From: a virus
Reading direction: 5' to 3' (one strand)
DNA: 64,000 nucleotides
IMG/VR virus record: IMGVR_UViG_3300027969_000050
Location: 32,001-96,000 of that record
Shown here: piece after piece, positions 44,775 to 54,200 of the stretch
Layout: every line of letters begins with the position of its first letter
Position numbering within the stretch: the stretch's first letter is position 1
Notes under the pieces: generated by a model
What the model saw: the letters and a program-made list of their open reading frames with translations, nothing else
Database searches by the model: none
What the model was told of the DNA's origin: nothing
Made by a program: the position numbers and the translations under genes

Positions 44775-45563
44775 ATGGCCGTCAAGACCACCAACATCAT
44801 TCTCGCAGGAACCACCGTTATCCCCGTGAAGCTGGACAAGGCTACGGAGAGCGGAACCGACGTCAAGCTCAACCGCTGCTCGCCAGAAGGCAACGCGGTC
44901 AAGCAGACCTACCGCGATGAAGTCACAGGGCAGGTCTATGAGACCTCTGAGCTTCCCAAGGATCGTCTGTACGACGGCCACCTGATCGGCGGCGATGATC
45001 TCGCTGAGATTGACGCCGAGTGTAAGATCGAGGATCTGGAGGCGTCCATCGTCCCGATTAGCTCGATCCCTTGGCACTACGCCAAAGGCACCTACTACAT
45101 CTACCCTGATCCAAAGGCCAGCGCCGCCGTCAAAGGCATCTTTCACGCCTTTATGGAGGCAGCCCAGAAGGAAAAGCGGGCGCTGCTCTGTAAGTGGACT
45201 CCCCGCAGCCGTCAGTCGGCTCTGGCGATCACCTTTGACGGCGAGAAGGCCGTAGCGGTCGAGATCGCTTTCGCCGGTGACGTTCGCAAGCCGAGCGACA
45301 ACGCTGTGGAGTTCGCAGCCGAGAAGCCAGTCAAGGCCGTCGTGGACAAGGTGCGCGAAGTGCTAGTCGCCCTGACCGACGAGAACGCCTACGACGGTCT
45401 CAAAGACGAGGCCGTAGAGAAGCGTCGCTCGCTCGTGGAGAAGGTCGCCAGCGGCGAGAAGGTCGTCAGCACCAAGCCAGCCCGCAAGGCGGCAGACACG
45501 GCGACAGCGGTGGACTCCGTGATCGCAGATCTCGACGCGGCTCTGGCAGCCAAGGTGAAGTAG
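44775..45563 (+). CDS. ku: Ku-like DNA end-binding protein
   Basis: IPVKLDKATE..VKQTYRDEVTGQVYETSEL..YYIYP..LVEKVASG..VIADLDAALA follows the prokaryotic Ku pattern; AGGAG SD before ATG 44775. Confidence 0.8.
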   Translation: MAVKTTNIILAGTTVIPVKLDKATESGTDVKLNRCSPEGNAVKQTYRDEVTGQVYETSELPKDRLYDGHLIGGDDLAEIDAECKIEDLEASIVPISSIPWHYAKGTYYIYPDPKASAAVKGIFHAFMEAAQKEKRALLCKWTPRSRQSALAITFDGEKAVAVEIAFAGDVRKPSDNAVEFAAEKPVKAVVDKVREVLVALTDENAYDGLKDEAVEKRRSLVEKVASGEKVVSTKPARKAADTATAVDSVIADLDAALAAKVK

Positions 45564-45598
45564 CGCAGCGCCTGATCCCTCAGACCGAGCAGCAAACC

Positions 45599-45622
45599 AG
45601 CGCCCCCGAAAGGGGGCGTTTG
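45599..45622 (+). terminator. intrinsic terminator
   Basis: AGCGCCCCC-GAAA-GGGGGCGTT-T. Confidence 0.8.
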
Positions 45623-46097
45623 TCGTTGTGCGACGATCCGCAAGTCGCCTAGCCAGAAGATCTGACTGCGCCGTTAGGACGAATAAAAAATAATTCTCGA
45701 GCCTTGCCAAACCGCTCTGGCCCGAAAACTCAGCAAAGGCGGGCTTAAAAATTAGCCGGTCTTCTTCAGCGGCAGGAAAAAATAATTTCCAACCTGACGG
45801 ATTCGCAACTTTGCGTTAGGGGTCAGTCGTTGTCCCTGAGCCAAGGGAAGTCGAAGCGGTCGTGGAGCATCAAACCGAGACCGACGACAGTGAGACCGAC
45901 GCCAACCAAGCCGTGATGAACCCTCGCGCCGAGAACCCAAACCCGCTGGGCTTGCCGATCCCAGACAATCACTGCGACCTCTTGCGTCTAGCCCACAAGA
46001 AATAAAAATAATTTGTGTGCCGGTTCCCAGTTGTCCCAGTCGTCCCTGTCGTGCCGGTCACTCCAGTTGTTCCCGTCCCAGTCATCGAAATAAAAAA

Positions 46098-46331
46098 TTA
46101 CGCTGCTATCGGCGCCGGACGAGGAGGAACATCAACCGAGAAACCTTTGTCTAGTTCCAACTGACGGATCCCACGCCTGTCAGCTTCCCCTACAAAGGCC
46201 GTCCAAGCCGCTTTACGAGCGCCAATCGTGAACAAGATGACAGTCCAGCCGTCCTCTTGGCTGATCCTGTGTATCTGAGTGTGTCGGTACCCACAACTAG
46301 CGAGAAAGTCTGCGGCGTCGAAGTCGGTCAT
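46098..46331 (-). CDS. hypothetical protein
   Basis: 77-aa ORF preceded by the GTAA-N8-ATG motif. Confidence 0.5.
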   Translation of the reverse strand: MTDFDAADFLASCGYRHTQIHRISQEDGWTVILFTIGARKAAWTAFVGEADRRGIRQLELDKGFSVDVPPRPAPIAA

Positions 46332-46444
46332 CGTACTGCTTACGGGTAAGAAAAAATAAATAAGAGAGTCCCACCCTTGACATCGACCTCCAAACCGCGC
46401 ATAATAATCGAGGCTATCCTGCCCGCCACATTAGGAGATCAGTA

Positions 46445-46597
46445 ATGAACCTCGTAGATAGTGTTCACGGTCGAGTGGATCCCTGCCGACTACCTGAGCT
46501 AGATGCTGCCGCTGCTAAGGAAGGGCGGCCAACCACACCGATCTATCAGGCGATGCTTCGCTGGAAAGAACAGCAGCAAGCCGCTAAGAAAAAATAA
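46445..46597 (+). CDS. hypothetical protein (50 aa, below cutoff)
   Basis: TTGACA-N17-CATAAT promoter (46377-46405) and AGGAG SD. Confidence 0.6.
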   Translation: MNLVDSVHGRVDPCRLPELDAAAAKEGRPTTPIYQAMLRWKEQQQAAKKK

Positions 46598-46651
46598 TAA
46601 TCATACACTCATCGTCATCCCGACCTGAGTGGGAAATAACTTTGCCCGTCG

Positions 46652-46676
46652 TTCCGTCCGACCTCTTTGCTATACT
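46652..46676 (+). promoter_or_regulatory. TTCCGTCCGA-box promoter, copy 8
   Basis: TTCCGTCCGA-N9-TATACT, then AGGAGG and ATG 46708. Confidence 0.85.
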
Positions 46677-46707
46677 GTGACTCACAGCAACTATCAGGAG
46701 GATTACG

Positions 46708-46941
46708 ATGTACCTAGTGACGATGAAGGACGGAAGCACAGAGCAGATCAAGTTCTTTGACGGCGGCGGCTGCTTCATTGGCGGCGGCGGCTACAACGTT
46801 GCCTGCTACGACGAGCAGGGCAACTTCTGTGAGATTCCACAGGCCGAGATCCTTTCGGTCGTGGACGAGAGCGGCGAGGTCTATACCGACTTCGGCAACA
46901 ACCTCTTTGACGGACACCCTTACCCAAAGGCGGTGGCGTAA
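46708..46941 (+). CDS. hypothetical early protein
   Basis: AGGAGG SD. Confidence 0.75.
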   Translation: MYLVTMKDGSTEQIKFFDGGGCFIGGGGYNVACYDEQGNFCEIPQAEILSVVDESGEVYTDFGNNLFDGHPYPKAVA

Positions 46942-47558
46942 TGAGCCATCTATGGAGCAAGGTCGAGATCGACAACGAACACGAGCAGAATTATTACAAA
47001 AACCGGTGGAAGTTGGAAGGCAGCCCTTTCACGATTGACCAGCGAAAGGACGTTGGTACTTGGCGGGCTGTTGCCGGTTCGCGCTCACAGCTTTACGGCA
47101 GTAGCGCCCGTTACTTTGGCGTCGCGTCGCTTGACAGCACGACACTCAAAGCCGCTCAAAAAGAGGTCGAGATCGTAGTTGAGCAGAGCTTCTTTCGCGC
47201 TCACAGCGGTCTCTGGAACCGAGGCCTTCTGACGACGGCTCAGTGGGATCCAGCGGCGCAGGAATACAGCGAGATCGAAAACTTCTTGCGGCCTGTTAAG
47301 GTCGGTCGCGGAAGCAAGAAATGGCATCTAGTGGCACGAGACGGCTACGAGGACGACAGCGGCTTTCAGCGCTTCACTCTCTGCGGCTACGAGTGCGAGA
47401 GCGAAGTCAAGCAGCAGGACGAGCTTGCGGCTGCCCTAAAGGACACTGGATACAGCCTCGATCAAGACCTAGCCCGACACGAGCTAGGAAACATCTGCTC
47501 TAAGTGCGCCGACGCCAATGGGCTTATCGTTATCAAGCAAGAGGAAGTGGTCGTATGA
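46941..47558 (+). CDS. Zn-binding hypothetical protein (PVK..KWH family, copy 2)
   Basis: LRPVKVGRGSKKWHLV..CGYEC..CSKC. Confidence 0.75.
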   Translation: MSHLWSKVEIDNEHEQNYYKNRWKLEGSPFTIDQRKDVGTWRAVAGSRSQLYGSSARYFGVASLDSTTLKAAQKEVEIVVEQSFFRAHSGLWNRGLLTTAQWDPAAQEYSEIENFLRPVKVGRGSKKWHLVARDGYEDDSGFQRFTLCGYECESEVKQQDELAAALKDTGYSLDQDLARHELGNICSKCADANGLIVIKQEEVVV

Positions 47559-47719
47559 CCTGTCCAGAGTGCGAACACGACGAAGTAATCGAGAGCGAGG
47601 TCGAGAGCGACCTGTGCGAGTGCCTGATCTGTGGCCTTGAGTTCGCCCTCAAACCGGCGTCGCCGGACAATGACAACGGCTGGGTAACGGCTGCCCCTAC
47701 TGTCTGGGTAGGCTCGTAA
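47555..47719 (+). CDS. small Zn-ribbon protein
   Basis: MTCPEC..CLICG; ATGA overlap. Confidence 0.65.
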   Translation: MTCPECEHDEVIESEVESDLCECLICGLEFALKPASPDNDNGWVTAAPTVWVGS

Positions 47720-48039
47720 TGACCTTCATCTTTGGAAAGTCAGAGCGTGGCTTTGGATGCGACACTCCGGTTAGGCTGAGGCCTGTCAAACCGGACGGCA
47801 GCCGGAAGTGGCATCTAGTTGTGGAGGACGAGGACGGCACAGCGGCCAGCGGCGCGGCCAGACGATCCATCTGCGGCGTGAATTGTAACCAAAACGGGGA
47901 GATCCAACGTCAGGAGGAATTGGCCGATTCGCTTAGGCACACCGGCTACCTGCTCAGCGAGGATCTCAGCAGGATCCCGCCAAAACAGATCTGTGCGAGT
48001 TGTGTTGGCAGAGAAGGCGTAAAAGTGGAGGCCGAATGA
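47719..48039 (+). CDS. Zn-binding hypothetical protein (PVK..KWH family, copy 3)
   Basis: LRPVKPDGSRKWHLV..CGVNC..CASC. Confidence 0.75.
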   Translation: MTFIFGKSERGFGCDTPVRLRPVKPDGSRKWHLVVEDEDGTAASGAARRSICGVNCNQNGEIQRQEELADSLRHTGYLLSEDLSRIPPKQICASCVGREGVKVEAE

Positions 48040-48242
48040 CCAAGCGAAAACTACGAGCCGAAAACCGACGCTACAGAGACGCCCTAGAGGGCATACAGAC
48101 GATTGCCGACCTTGCCCTTCACGGAGACGAGGACGGCGGTCAGACGCTCTCTATTGACCTCACAGAGGGTATGGAGGGCATCGAAGCAATCAGCGACCAC
48201 GCCTTACGCGGCGACAACCCAAGAGAGAAAGCAGACCAATGA
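48036..48242 (+). CDS. hypothetical protein
   Basis: GGAGG SD, ATGA overlap. Confidence 0.65.
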   Translation: MTKRKLRAENRRYRDALEGIQTIADLALHGDEDGGQTLSIDLTEGMEGIEAISDHALRGDNPREKADQ

Positions 48243-48592
48243 TCTACCGAACAAGGCGATCAGCCTTTATGGTGCCAACCCTTCTGAGGCTTGCTCAGGA
48301 GTACGACAAGCAAGACTGTAAGCTGGTAGGGCGCAACCCTGACCCGCTGGAGCCTCAGTACCTAATCGAGTTTGCCGACGGCCATCAAGGCGCGGCTCAC
48401 GAATTGGAGTTGTTCACAGACATTAACGATGTCGGATACTCCGAGTTTGATTACCTGTCCTCGCTCGCGCCTTCTGAGGCAAAAGAGACGACGGGCAAAA
48501 AGATCAAGACAACCAAAACAAAGGTCAAAGCCATCAAACCGACCAAAGAAAAAACTGTGGCCGAGACACTGACGGAAAGGACAGCACGATGA
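48239..48592 (+). CDS. hypothetical protein
   Basis: ATGA overlap; YLIEFADG..AHELEL. Confidence 0.65.
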   Translation: MIYRTRRSAFMVPTLLRLAQEYDKQDCKLVGRNPDPLEPQYLIEFADGHQGAAHELELFTDINDVGYSEFDYLSSLAPSEAKETTGKKIKTTKTKVKAIKPTKEKTVAETLTERTAR

Positions 48593-48849
48593 TTGACGGA
48601 GCTTACGCAATGGGAAGGCGTCACGCTTTAGAGCGCGGGCCAAAAACGCAGGCAGGCATTGAGTCAATCCAAGGACTCAACGAGATCGAATACCTCGACT
48701 ACCTTCGGGGAGTCAAGTCTGGCCTCAACGAGATCGTTAGCAACGCCGCCGGAATCGGTGAGCAAAAAATAATTGCTACCAAGATCCACGACCTCCCTTA
48801 CCCAAACGAGATCATTCATACCGAGTTCATAGGTGAGGACAATGATTAA
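48589..48849 (+). CDS. hypothetical protein
   Basis: AAGGA SD, ATGA overlap. Confidence 0.65.
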   Translation: MIDGAYAMGRRHALERGPKTQAGIESIQGLNEIEYLDYLRGVKSGLNEIVSNAAGIGEQKIIATKIHDLPYPNEIIHTEFIGEDND

Positions 48850-49312
48850 GACAGGCGTCGTCCACGAAGGTCTAGAGATCTACCTGTCCAACCACGCCAA
48901 CGAGAGAGTCGTGGAGCGCGTCTATGGCGGCACCACCCGCAATGTGATCGCGCTGACCTGCGCCTTGATCGAAGGCTCAACCATCAGCGTCGCCCAGCCG
49001 GACTTTCTCGACTCAGAGAGTCACAGCAGAGACGGCACCCCAAGCTGTTGGCTAGTTCACGACAAGGCTGGAGTTCAGTTTGCGATGCCCCTTCACTATT
49101 TGGAGGTGAGAGGGAGGCAGTCGTTATGCGCCACAACCTGTCTCATTCCGTCCTACAAATCACGCAGACCTAAGGAAGCCAAGGCAAGCAAAAAGACAAA
49201 GCTGCGAAAGCACAAGATCGGTGGGCGTGGCAATGCCCCGATTTCATCACCAAACCGCATAGCCGGACGTAGCGCCGCAGCAAAGACGACGATAACGTGG
49301 CGGCAAGACTAG
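48842..49312 (+). CDS. hypothetical protein (HAxER motif, basic tail)
   Basis: IYLSNHANERVVER; GAGG SD. Confidence 0.65.
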   Translation: MIKTGVVHEGLEIYLSNHANERVVERVYGGTTRNVIALTCALIEGSTISVAQPDFLDSESHSRDGTPSCWLVHDKAGVQFAMPLHYLEVRGRQSLCATTCLIPSYKSRRPKEAKASKKTKLRKHKIGGRGNAPISSPNRIAGRSAAAKTTITWRQD

Positions 49313-49381
49313 CTGAGAGGCCGTTAGGGACGTTCTAAGCGCCTCTCAGGAGGTACAAACGGACAAGGAAGGTGGGAAGGT

Positions 49382-49618
49382 ATGACCTATGAGGAAAGAG
49401 ACACGTCGGTACGGATTGTTACCGAGACCGGCGCATCTTGGGAGGATGTGCCATCGGTTGAAACGTTGGCTAGGCTAATCGTTCTCGCCACTTATGCGAA
49501 ACCAGATCAAGGGGTTTGGAGGGCGATTGACCTATGGGATTTGTCGCGGCGAGTTGCGGCGCTACTACCTGACGCTGACGTTACGGCGGCTGTGGCTTTA
49601 GCAAAGATAGAATGGTAA
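49382..49618 (+). CDS. hypothetical protein
   Basis: 78-aa ORF with purine-rich leader. Confidence 0.55.
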   Translation: MTYEERDTSVRIVTETGASWEDVPSVETLARLIVLATYAKPDQGVWRAIDLWDLSRRVAALLPDADVTAAVALAKIEW

Positions 49619-49630
49619 GTTAAGTCCCAC

Positions 49631-49673
49631 AAACGGAAGGCTAAACCGACCGCTCAGGCGGTCGTTTCCGTTT
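49631..49673. terminator. probable bidirectional terminator between convergent blocks
   Basis: AAACGGAA..CGACCGC-TCAG-GCGGTCG-TTTCCGTTT nested inverted repeat. Confidence 0.65.
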
Positions 49674-49774
49674 GTCTCTCCAAACCGCGATTTCATCACG
49701 CACCAAACCGCGAACAAAGAGCGCTGGAAGCAACGCCCAGAAAACGATCTCCGTTATCTCGTGGCCGCGAAACT

Positions 49775-51235
49775 TCACAAACCGCTTTCTTTCCAGTCGA
49801 ACACGCCTGACGTTCTTCCCAAAGCCAAATTGAGAAGTTTGTCTCGTTCGTTGATCGAAGGATCGCCAATCACCTGACCCATAAGGCTCTCAAGAATTTG
49901 TCCGATCTCTGGGCCTCGAGGAACGCCAGCCTCAATTAAATCTTGGCCGTTGATTGCCAACTGAGAAAGATCAGTCGGCTGCTGCTGCTGGCGCACTTGA
50001 TCCACAAGGCCGCGCTGAACCTCGTACTCGTTGTCATCAAACGCATCTTGCCCTTCGCCCTTCGCCGCTTGATCAGCCCAGCGCAGGTTCAGCAGATCAT
50101 CTGCGTGCGGCTCGACCCGATTTAAAAATTTTCTTGCGCCCTTCTCCGAGTCAAACGGGGCAAACATATGGTGCTTTACGAGGTCCGAAACCCGATCAGT
50201 CCTGTCCTTCGGGTACCTCAAACGGGTCATTGCGTCCCTAGTCATTTCCTCACCGACGAGTTCGTGTTGCTGACCTATTGTGCTTCCGTCAGGCAGGCGC
50301 TTCTGGTAGTAATGGTTTGTTCCTCGCTCTGGATTCACCCAAGCGGATGCGGGCTTGCCAATATCGTGGAGCAAACCGGCCAAACGGGCATCTGGGTCAT
50401 CAGTTTTCTGACTGATTCGGTCAAGCACGTCAAGCATATGCTCGCCAAGTTCTAAAGCGTGGTGCGGATTGTTCTGGTCGTAGCCGAACGTTGCATCGAC
50501 CTCAGGCAAAATATATTTAAGTACGCCGCTGTCGTGGGCCAAACGGATGGCGCCGACTGGGTCGTCCGAAGAAAAAATTTTATCCAGCTCTGCTTGCACT
50601 CTTTCGGCTGGGAGATGTTGGAGGCTTGCTGCCGCCTCAGCCATTTGGGCAATCGTTCCCTCGTCAGGGTGAAGGCCATGCCGACCCTTAGCCACAAGCG
50701 CCCTAGCAACCCTGAGCGGATCCTCGCTTAGCGACTGGTCGTGGATTGTTCTTAGTCGCCCACCTGCGATGTCCTCAGCGCCATTGTGCGGATCAATAAG
50801 TTCGCCCGTTCCTAGATTGACGGCCATCGCATTCGCTGTGAAGTCACGCCTCAAAAGATCTTCTTCAGGCGAAAGGGTGTGGTCGGCATCAACAGAAAAA
50901 TCCGTGTGCTTGTCGCCAGTTGACTGTTCGTGGCGAGGCAGCGCGATCTCGACCTCCTCACCGCCCTGCTTGTAACGAAAGACGCCAAAATCTTTTCCTG
51001 TGTAATCAATGTCTCCACCCAGTGGAGCTAAAACCGAATCAATATTTTCTTTTGGAATACCAGAGACCATGAGGTCAATGTCCTTCGGGGTCTTGCCCAT
51101 GATCGTGTCCCGGACCGCGCCTCCAACTGCGTAAACCTGCCCACCAGCAGCCATAAGCGCTTCAACAACGGGCTGAATAACAGGATTGCTTGCGACAATT
51201 TGCCTTACCGACTGTCCCACATTGTCCTCAGCGGC
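49775..51235 (-). other. cca: class II tRNA nucleotidyltransferase (CCA-adding / polyA polymerase family) + HD domain, within the large ORF
   Basis: YAVGGAVRD, KDIDL, EDLLRRDFTANAMA, EDPLRVAR, ERVQAELDK, QNNPHH..HM, LLHDIGK, LAINGQDLI..GPEIGQIL. Confidence 0.92.
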
Positions 51236-54200
51236 TCCGAAGTGAAACTCGTCTCCGCCCTGACCTCGCGCCCTTCCACGGAGGCCTCCGCCCGGTTGTA
51301 GGTCCGGCTGACCCAAGGCGCGATTGATCATTTCCACCTGATCGGGGGTTGGGTTTCCATAAAAACTGATCTTCTGATCCTCTCTTGGCGGACCCGAGGC
51401 GTGACTATTCGGGGGCCAAGTTACTCGACCACTGAGAAAGGTTCCTTCCTGAAGGGCTTTCATCCAGAAAGTGATTGCGCTGGCGCCATCCCCATTCAAA
51501 AATTTATTTCTGAATTCGGAATCCTGCGAGAGCATCTCGTAGTGATAGCCACCGGGCGGTCCAAAATAAACGGCGTTGTCCTCCGGGAGATAGAACCAAG
51601 GGGCGTCTAGTTCAGGACTCTTGTGAACTTCGTTGGGCTGGAACTTGATGTAAACGACTTTTGGAGGATTCAGTTCGTCAAATGCCCCGAAACGAAAATC
51701 TTCTTCTTGCTCATCCAGAACCTCATCCGCAGGAAAAATATTTCTTAGGGCGTCGTTGACTCCCGGAGCCGGTTCCGTCAGACCTTGATTGTCGGAGTTT
51801 GGAAACGAATCTTCCCAACTAAAATTACCTGAATTTTGCCAATACTCGCCTCTGCAAGGATCGCCCGCCGCAATCAAATTTTCTCCAACGTTCTCAGAGA
51901 GTCCCATAGGACGACCCACCCTTGGAATATCAAACTCGTTTATAAGGTCCTCGTGATACTGACCGCGAAGGCCAACGTAAAGCGCATTGGCGGAAGGCCA
52001 ATAGATAAACGGAATTCGGTTTTCGTGGTAGTCCATTCCTTTCCTATTGTGTTCTTCATTCTGAGATATGAAAACCGTGACGCCTTGCCTAGTTCTATAG
52101 GTGCCAGCGGCTCCGAAACGGAAGCCCTCATCTTCTTGAGCCGGATCAGAAAAAATATTTATTAGCGCGTCGTTGAGTCCTGCTTCTGGTTCGGTGCCTT
52201 CATCGTTGAACCACTGAAGGGAGTCGTAGCTTGGTGGAATAAAACTTCCGTCACCCGGAACGCGGCGCCAATACTCGCCGTGTGTGTCAGGCCCAAAACC
52301 GCCGCGTAAATCGAAATCGGCTTCCGTCCAAGCCCCCCGAATGTCGAATTCTTCTACAAGGTCGTCGTGATACTGGCCAAAGACGCCAACATAGAGCGCG
52401 TTATTGACAGGGCAATAAATAAATGGCGCCCTGTCCTTGTTGAAAACCCTATGTTCATCTGGATCTTGTGATATCAAAACATCGGTGCCAAACTCAGTGG
52501 CCGCCCCGAAATGAAAGTCTTCAGGGCTTTCGCTTTGCCTCAAATCATCTAGATCAGCAAGCGGATAGTCGGGCAAACCAAGCGCTTCGCAGATGGCTGG
52601 AGCCAATGCCGCCGCCTCTGGGTTATTGGGATCAACAAAGTCGGGCATCAGGCGGTCAAACCTCGTCCAAAAAGAAAATCTTGGCGCGTCCTCGAGTCCG
52701 GCCTCCCTAAGAGCTTTTTCAATGATCACATGATGGATGTCGGGAACCGAGCCAATCCAAATTTGTCCCTGCTCAGGCAAAACAATTAGGGAGTAGCCTC
52801 CAAGCTCATCTCCTTCCCTAGGAATAATTATTCCTTTGTTCGCACGGCCCGTGCCGACAACTCGACCATCATCATCAAGCCAAACGGGAGTTAATTCTGT
52901 CGAGGATCCAAAGTGGAATTCTGAGGCTCCTCCGCCAACAAGGCCATTCAAAGCAGTAATCATTTCCGCTTGGACGCTTTCGGGGACTCGGCTGCCATAA
53001 AACACCAAGTCATTTGGCGGCGAGAACCTTCCAAAGAAATCATAAGACCCGTACTGATTGACGACGCCTCTAGGAAGCTTATTTGTCATTTCGTTATGAA
53101 AGCCGTCTTCCCTTCCAATAGCAATGCTCCATCCATCGTGCCGCGTCGCGTCAGGGTTCATCTCGAGATAGCGCCGTTCTTCTTCGGCTGGGACGCCGAA
53201 CCGCTCTTCGATGTTTATGTCTAGGGTTCCTTCGTCCCAAGCAACAACAGGGTAAAGCTTGTCCATACCTGCACTCGGATAAGGGGTACTCTCCAAATAT
53301 TCTCCGTGGCTTGGATAATCGGGATCCGCCTTGGCGCCCCTGAGGTCAAGCAGCTCGACATGGCTTAAGATGGCTCGAGATTTTTTCTTTGCGCCCTCAT
53401 CATCTCCTTGGCCTTCTTCGCTAAGATTTTTTAATTCTGAGATGTCGGTTGGCTCTTCAGGAATGATCATTGGTCCGCCCATTGATTTGGGGCAAGGACC
53501 GGGCTTGTGATTGAAGCCGCATTCCTCACAGGCACCAAATTTTAAATCCTCTTCGTCAAGCTCAACACGCACTTGTTCGCTCTTACGACGGAACTTATCA
53601 AGCACCTTTTGGATGCGCGAAGTTGACTTTTTTCCTCCAGAGAGAAAATCGGAGTTCCGGATACCACTTTCATTTTCATTTTCGAACGAATTCACCCAGT
53701 TTCTAAGGATATTTGCGAAGATCGGGGCGTCAAGTTCATCATCTTTGGCAAATGCGTTTGCCTGACTATCGGCAGGTTGGGCAGGTTGCGTATCAGAGAA
53801 GGAAAAGTCAGGATCCCCAAGGAAATGATCAACAATTCCCTCGCCTCCTTGCGGATCAAACGCCTCCCAGCCTGTTCCAAAGGGCTTGTTGTCTGCTCCG
53901 AACTTAAAATCTTCTTGCTCCCACTGCTGGCTAATGTCAAGATTGTCGATAAAGGCCTTGATATTAGAGGGGATCGGCTGTTCATCATAAGGCGGGCGCA
54001 TCCAATCAACCGGACCAAATTGACTTTTCCTTCCTTCCCACGCAGCTCCGTCGATTGCGCCCAAAGTCAAATGCGAGTCCCAAGTGGTTCCAACTTGAAC
54101 CGTGTTGCTTTTTGGCCAATAAATAATCGGACAGTCGCCTCGAGGATCGGGCGCACCGCCGCCGGTTGATTCAAAGACGACCTTTGGCTCCTCTGAAGCG

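Larger units (their letters stand above)
45680..46600 (+). repeat. dispersed AAAAAATAAT-like A-tracts in a gene-poor interval
   Basis: copies near 45685, 45777, 46003, 46092, 46351, 46589. Confidence 0.7.

Noticed and set aside
38971-46676. TTCCGTCCGA repeats as a CRISPR array or att sites
   Set aside because: Irregular spacing of 80-2250 bp with genes in between; fixed position relative to -10 and SD indicates promoters
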